Part shown: positions 62,901-64,000 of the stretch, piece after piece
How the letters are laid out: the number at the start of each line of letters is the position of its first letter
Position numbering within the stretch: position 1 is the stretch's first letter
Assembly (NCBI RefSeq): GCF_902652985.1
Contig: NC_047018.1
Coordinates: forward strand, 29,574,001 to 29,638,000
DNA from: Pecten maximus
Lineage: Eukaryota
Length of the DNA stretch: 64,000 nt
Direction of reading: 5' to 3'
Translations under genes and position numbers: made by a program
The notes under the pieces: generated by a model
What the model was told of the DNA's origin: nothing
The model's database searches: none
What the model saw: the letters and a program-made list of their open reading frames with translations, nothing else

Positions 62901-63195
62901 AGGATGTAGATGTAAGGTGGATATCTATAAACATCATATATAAGGTTGATATATGTATATATTGTATATATAATGTGGATGTATATATAAGTTGGATATC
63001 TTTATCTGGTGTATATAAAATGAATATCTATATATAATATTGTATATAAGATGGGTATCTATACAGGATGTATATTAGGTGGATGTATATAGGCTGTAAA
63101 TATAAGGTGGATATCTATATTGGTGTATTATTAAAAGTGGACAATTATATAGGGTTTATATCAAATATGTATCAAAAAGTGGTGTATATCAGGTG
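59930..63195. repeat. 3.3-kb satellite array of 28-30-bp units
   Basis: aggtggatatctatataggttgtatata repeated roughly 100 times with TA-length variants. Confidence 0.97.
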
Positions 63196-63499
63196 AATAT
63201 TAATGTAATGTATTTCCCCTTTGTGTTTTGTATTGTAAATATTATGTATATAGCAGGCAGTGTTTTCAGGTGAATGGATAACCAAAGCATAAGGATAAGT
63301 TATCCTAAATAAGGAGATGTGGAAAAAAAAGAAATATGATGTTCTGTTCAGTGGGCGGTGTATTTAACAGAGGATCCTAGGTGATGGGGTGTATCTCTAC
63401 TGGCCAATTCATTGAGATTGTGCCAAAGTAATTAGTAACATAATCTTGGTACTCCCTCCACAAATGTGTTGGTAACTACTGTAGGCACACTGGACATAA

Positions 63500-64000
63500 T
63501 GTGTAAACCTGTACAACATCTAGTGTCTGTCTGGACTAGATAGGGACACAGTGTGTAAACCTGTACAACATCTAGTGTCTGTCTGGACTAGATAGGGACA
63601 CAGTGTGTAAACCTGTACAACATCTAGTGTCTGTCTGGACTAGATAGGGACACAGTGTGTAAACCTGTACAACATCTAGTGTCTGTCTGGACTAGATAGG
63701 GACACAGTGTGTAAACCTGTACAACATCTAGTGTCTGTCTGGACTAGATAGGGACACAGTGTGTAAACCTGTACAACATCTAGTGTCTGTCTGGACTAGA
63801 TAGGGACACAGTGTGTAAACCTGTACAACATCTAGTGTCTGTCTGGACTAGATAGGGACACAGTGTGTAAACCTGTACAACATCTAGTGTCTGTCTGGAC
63901 TAGATAGGGACACAGTGTGTAAACCTGTACAACATCTAGTGTCTGTCTGGACTAGATAGGGACACAGTGTGTAAACCTGTACAACATCTAGTGTCTGTCT
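63500..64000. repeat. perfect 52-bp tandem array running off the window end
   Basis: gtgtgtaaacctgtacaacatctagtgtctgtctggactagatagggacaca at 63551, 63603, 63655... Confidence 0.97.

Overview
AT-rich, intron-rich animal genomic DNA with GT-AG introns. Repeat style and gene content suggest a marine mollusc, probably a bivalve (inference). Three genes were reconstructed by hand from splice sites and reading frames. (1) The last three exons (PLAT domain) of a pancreatic-lipase-family gene on + (27-2671). (2) A 34-coding-exon gene on - (35296 to 7224, about 1978 aa) for a secreted mosaic protein: signal peptide, PAN/apple, EGF, 2 thrombospondin type-1 repeats (TSR), SRCR, 25 TSR, and a CASPR/neurexin-IV-type fibrinogen-like domain. 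22 consecutive TSR exons are exactly 165 nt and phase 1-1. (3) A complete 9-exon pancreatic-lipase-like gene on + (46964-54069, about 497 aa) with an intact Ser-Asp-His triad. The rest is introns and intergenic DNA containing MITE/foldback elements, a 5'-truncated LINE, minisatellites and a 3.3-kb satellite. The most notable observations are tandem repeats seeded repeatedly at exon-intron junctions in two unrelated genes, one TSR exon with a compensated cysteine swap to the F-spondin-type pattern, and the domain architecture of the large TSR protein. All coordinates were counted by hand and no database searches were run.
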